From positions 1-55,329 of the IMG/VR virus record IMGVR_UViG_3300021091_000091: a stretch of DNA of 55,329 bases. One strand, given 5' to 3'. Of the stretch, positions 54,864 to 55,329 are shown piece by piece; the stretch's first letter is position 1, and every line of letters begins with the position of its first letter. The DNA comes from a virus. Its lineage: Duplodnaviria; Caudoviricetes. The translations under genes were made by a program, and so were the position numbers. The notes under the pieces are model-generated. The model did not search any database. It worked only from the letters and a program-made list of their open reading frames with translations, and had not been told where the DNA came from.

Positions 54864-55135
54864 TAGAATGCTATTGTTACGATTTCATTATCTATTTCCA
54901 CCCAACGAACTCTGAGTGATACTAATTTTTTCATATCATCGGCTTCAAGTCTATATCCGTTTCCCATTGTTTGTCTTGCTTCAATATCAACAATATATCC
55001 GTGAATACCTTGAAAAATTTGTGTATTTTCTCCACCAATTATTTTTTCAAAAGCCATTACTTGCTTTTTTCTTTGTGGGTCCAGTTGATTAAACTGAATT
55101 TCTTCCGCTTCGTTGAGTTGTGTAAGTCTAATCAT
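54863..55135 (-). CDS. Leader-bearing hypothetical protein
   Basis: MIRLTQLNE|AEE leader. Confidence 0.55.
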   Translation of the reverse strand: MIRLTQLNEAEEIQFNQLDPQRKKQVMAFEKIIGGENTQIFQGIHGYIVDIEARQTMGNGYRLEADDMKKLVSLRVRWVEIDNEIVTIAF

Positions 55136-55144
55136 TTTATTTTT

Positions 55145-55329
55145 TTATTTTGCTAATAATCCAACTCCTAAACCTATACCTACCCCAACAGCAGCACCTT
55201 TGAATTTATTCCAAAATGCTTTTCTTTTAGCCACTTTAAGGTCTTTTTTTAGTAAGTCACTTACTTGTTGTTGTAATTCAAATTGTTTAGATTTATATGC
55301 TATTGCAGAATCGGCACTTACTAATGCTG
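55145..55329 (-). CDS. C-terminal fragment of a coiled-coil membrane protein (possibly spanin-like)
   Basis: ...FELQQQVSDLLKKDLKVAKRKAFWNKFKGAAVGVGIGLGVGLLAK* is a coiled coil followed by a hydrophobic Gly-rich tail; runs off the right edge. Confidence 0.45.
   Translation of the reverse strand, partial: ALVSADSAIAYKSKQFELQQQVSDLLKKDLKVAKRKAFWNKFKGAAVGVGIGLGVGLLAK

Noticed and set aside
467-55156. Numerous 60-150 aa plus-strand ORFs in the supplied track
   Set aside because: They are antisense shadows of well-supported minus-strand genes, with no recognisable motifs and implausible composition.
1-55329. Alternative genetic code, tRNA genes, inteins or introns
   Set aside because: Long ORFs are intact in the standard code and gaps are tiny; no cloverleaf or intein motifs were noticed, and terminase, portal and primase are of normal length.

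Overview
This window is a 55-kb, AT-rich segment of a large T4-like (contractile-tail type) tailed phage, probably infecting Bacteroidota. The host inference rests on two TTTG-N20-TAnnTTT(G/A) promoters and the lack of obvious Shine-Dalgarno sites. Almost all genes are on the minus strand. The head module contains a probable scaffold start at the left edge, a gp21-like prohead protease, a gp20-like portal and a gp17-like terminase. It is followed by a sugar-modification cassette (GT4/methyltransferase/GT25-like fusion, Aah/TibC-like O-heptosyltransferase, HldC- and HldA-like enzymes) next to a 2784-aa tail fibre and its chaperone. Further right are a fused Mre11-Rad50 (gp47-gp46), a primase, a GIY-YIG nuclease, a baseplate block (gp6-, gp25-, gp7- and gp5-like), two peptidoglycan hydrolases, and a run of small or enzymatic genes. 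Two hypothetical systems stand out. (1) A capsid-cargo system: about ten unrelated proteins share an N-terminal MI(K/R)L-xx-(I/L)-L-x-E leader and internal (I/L/V)-x-E junctions matching gp21 specificity. The cargo includes a DHH phosphoesterase, an HxGH-nucleotidyltransferase/ligase-like polyprotein and an Ntn hydrolase whose catalytic Cys directly follows 'MINE'. (2) A virion glycosylation system: a phage heptosyltransferase pathway, paired with frequent [S/T]-[G/A/S]-S tripeptides in tail and baseplate proteins. I also found a genome-wide ATA(T/C/A)TTAT promoter-like motif and an unannotated plus-strand ribbon-helix-helix gene. All family calls are from motif recognition by eye; no searches were run.
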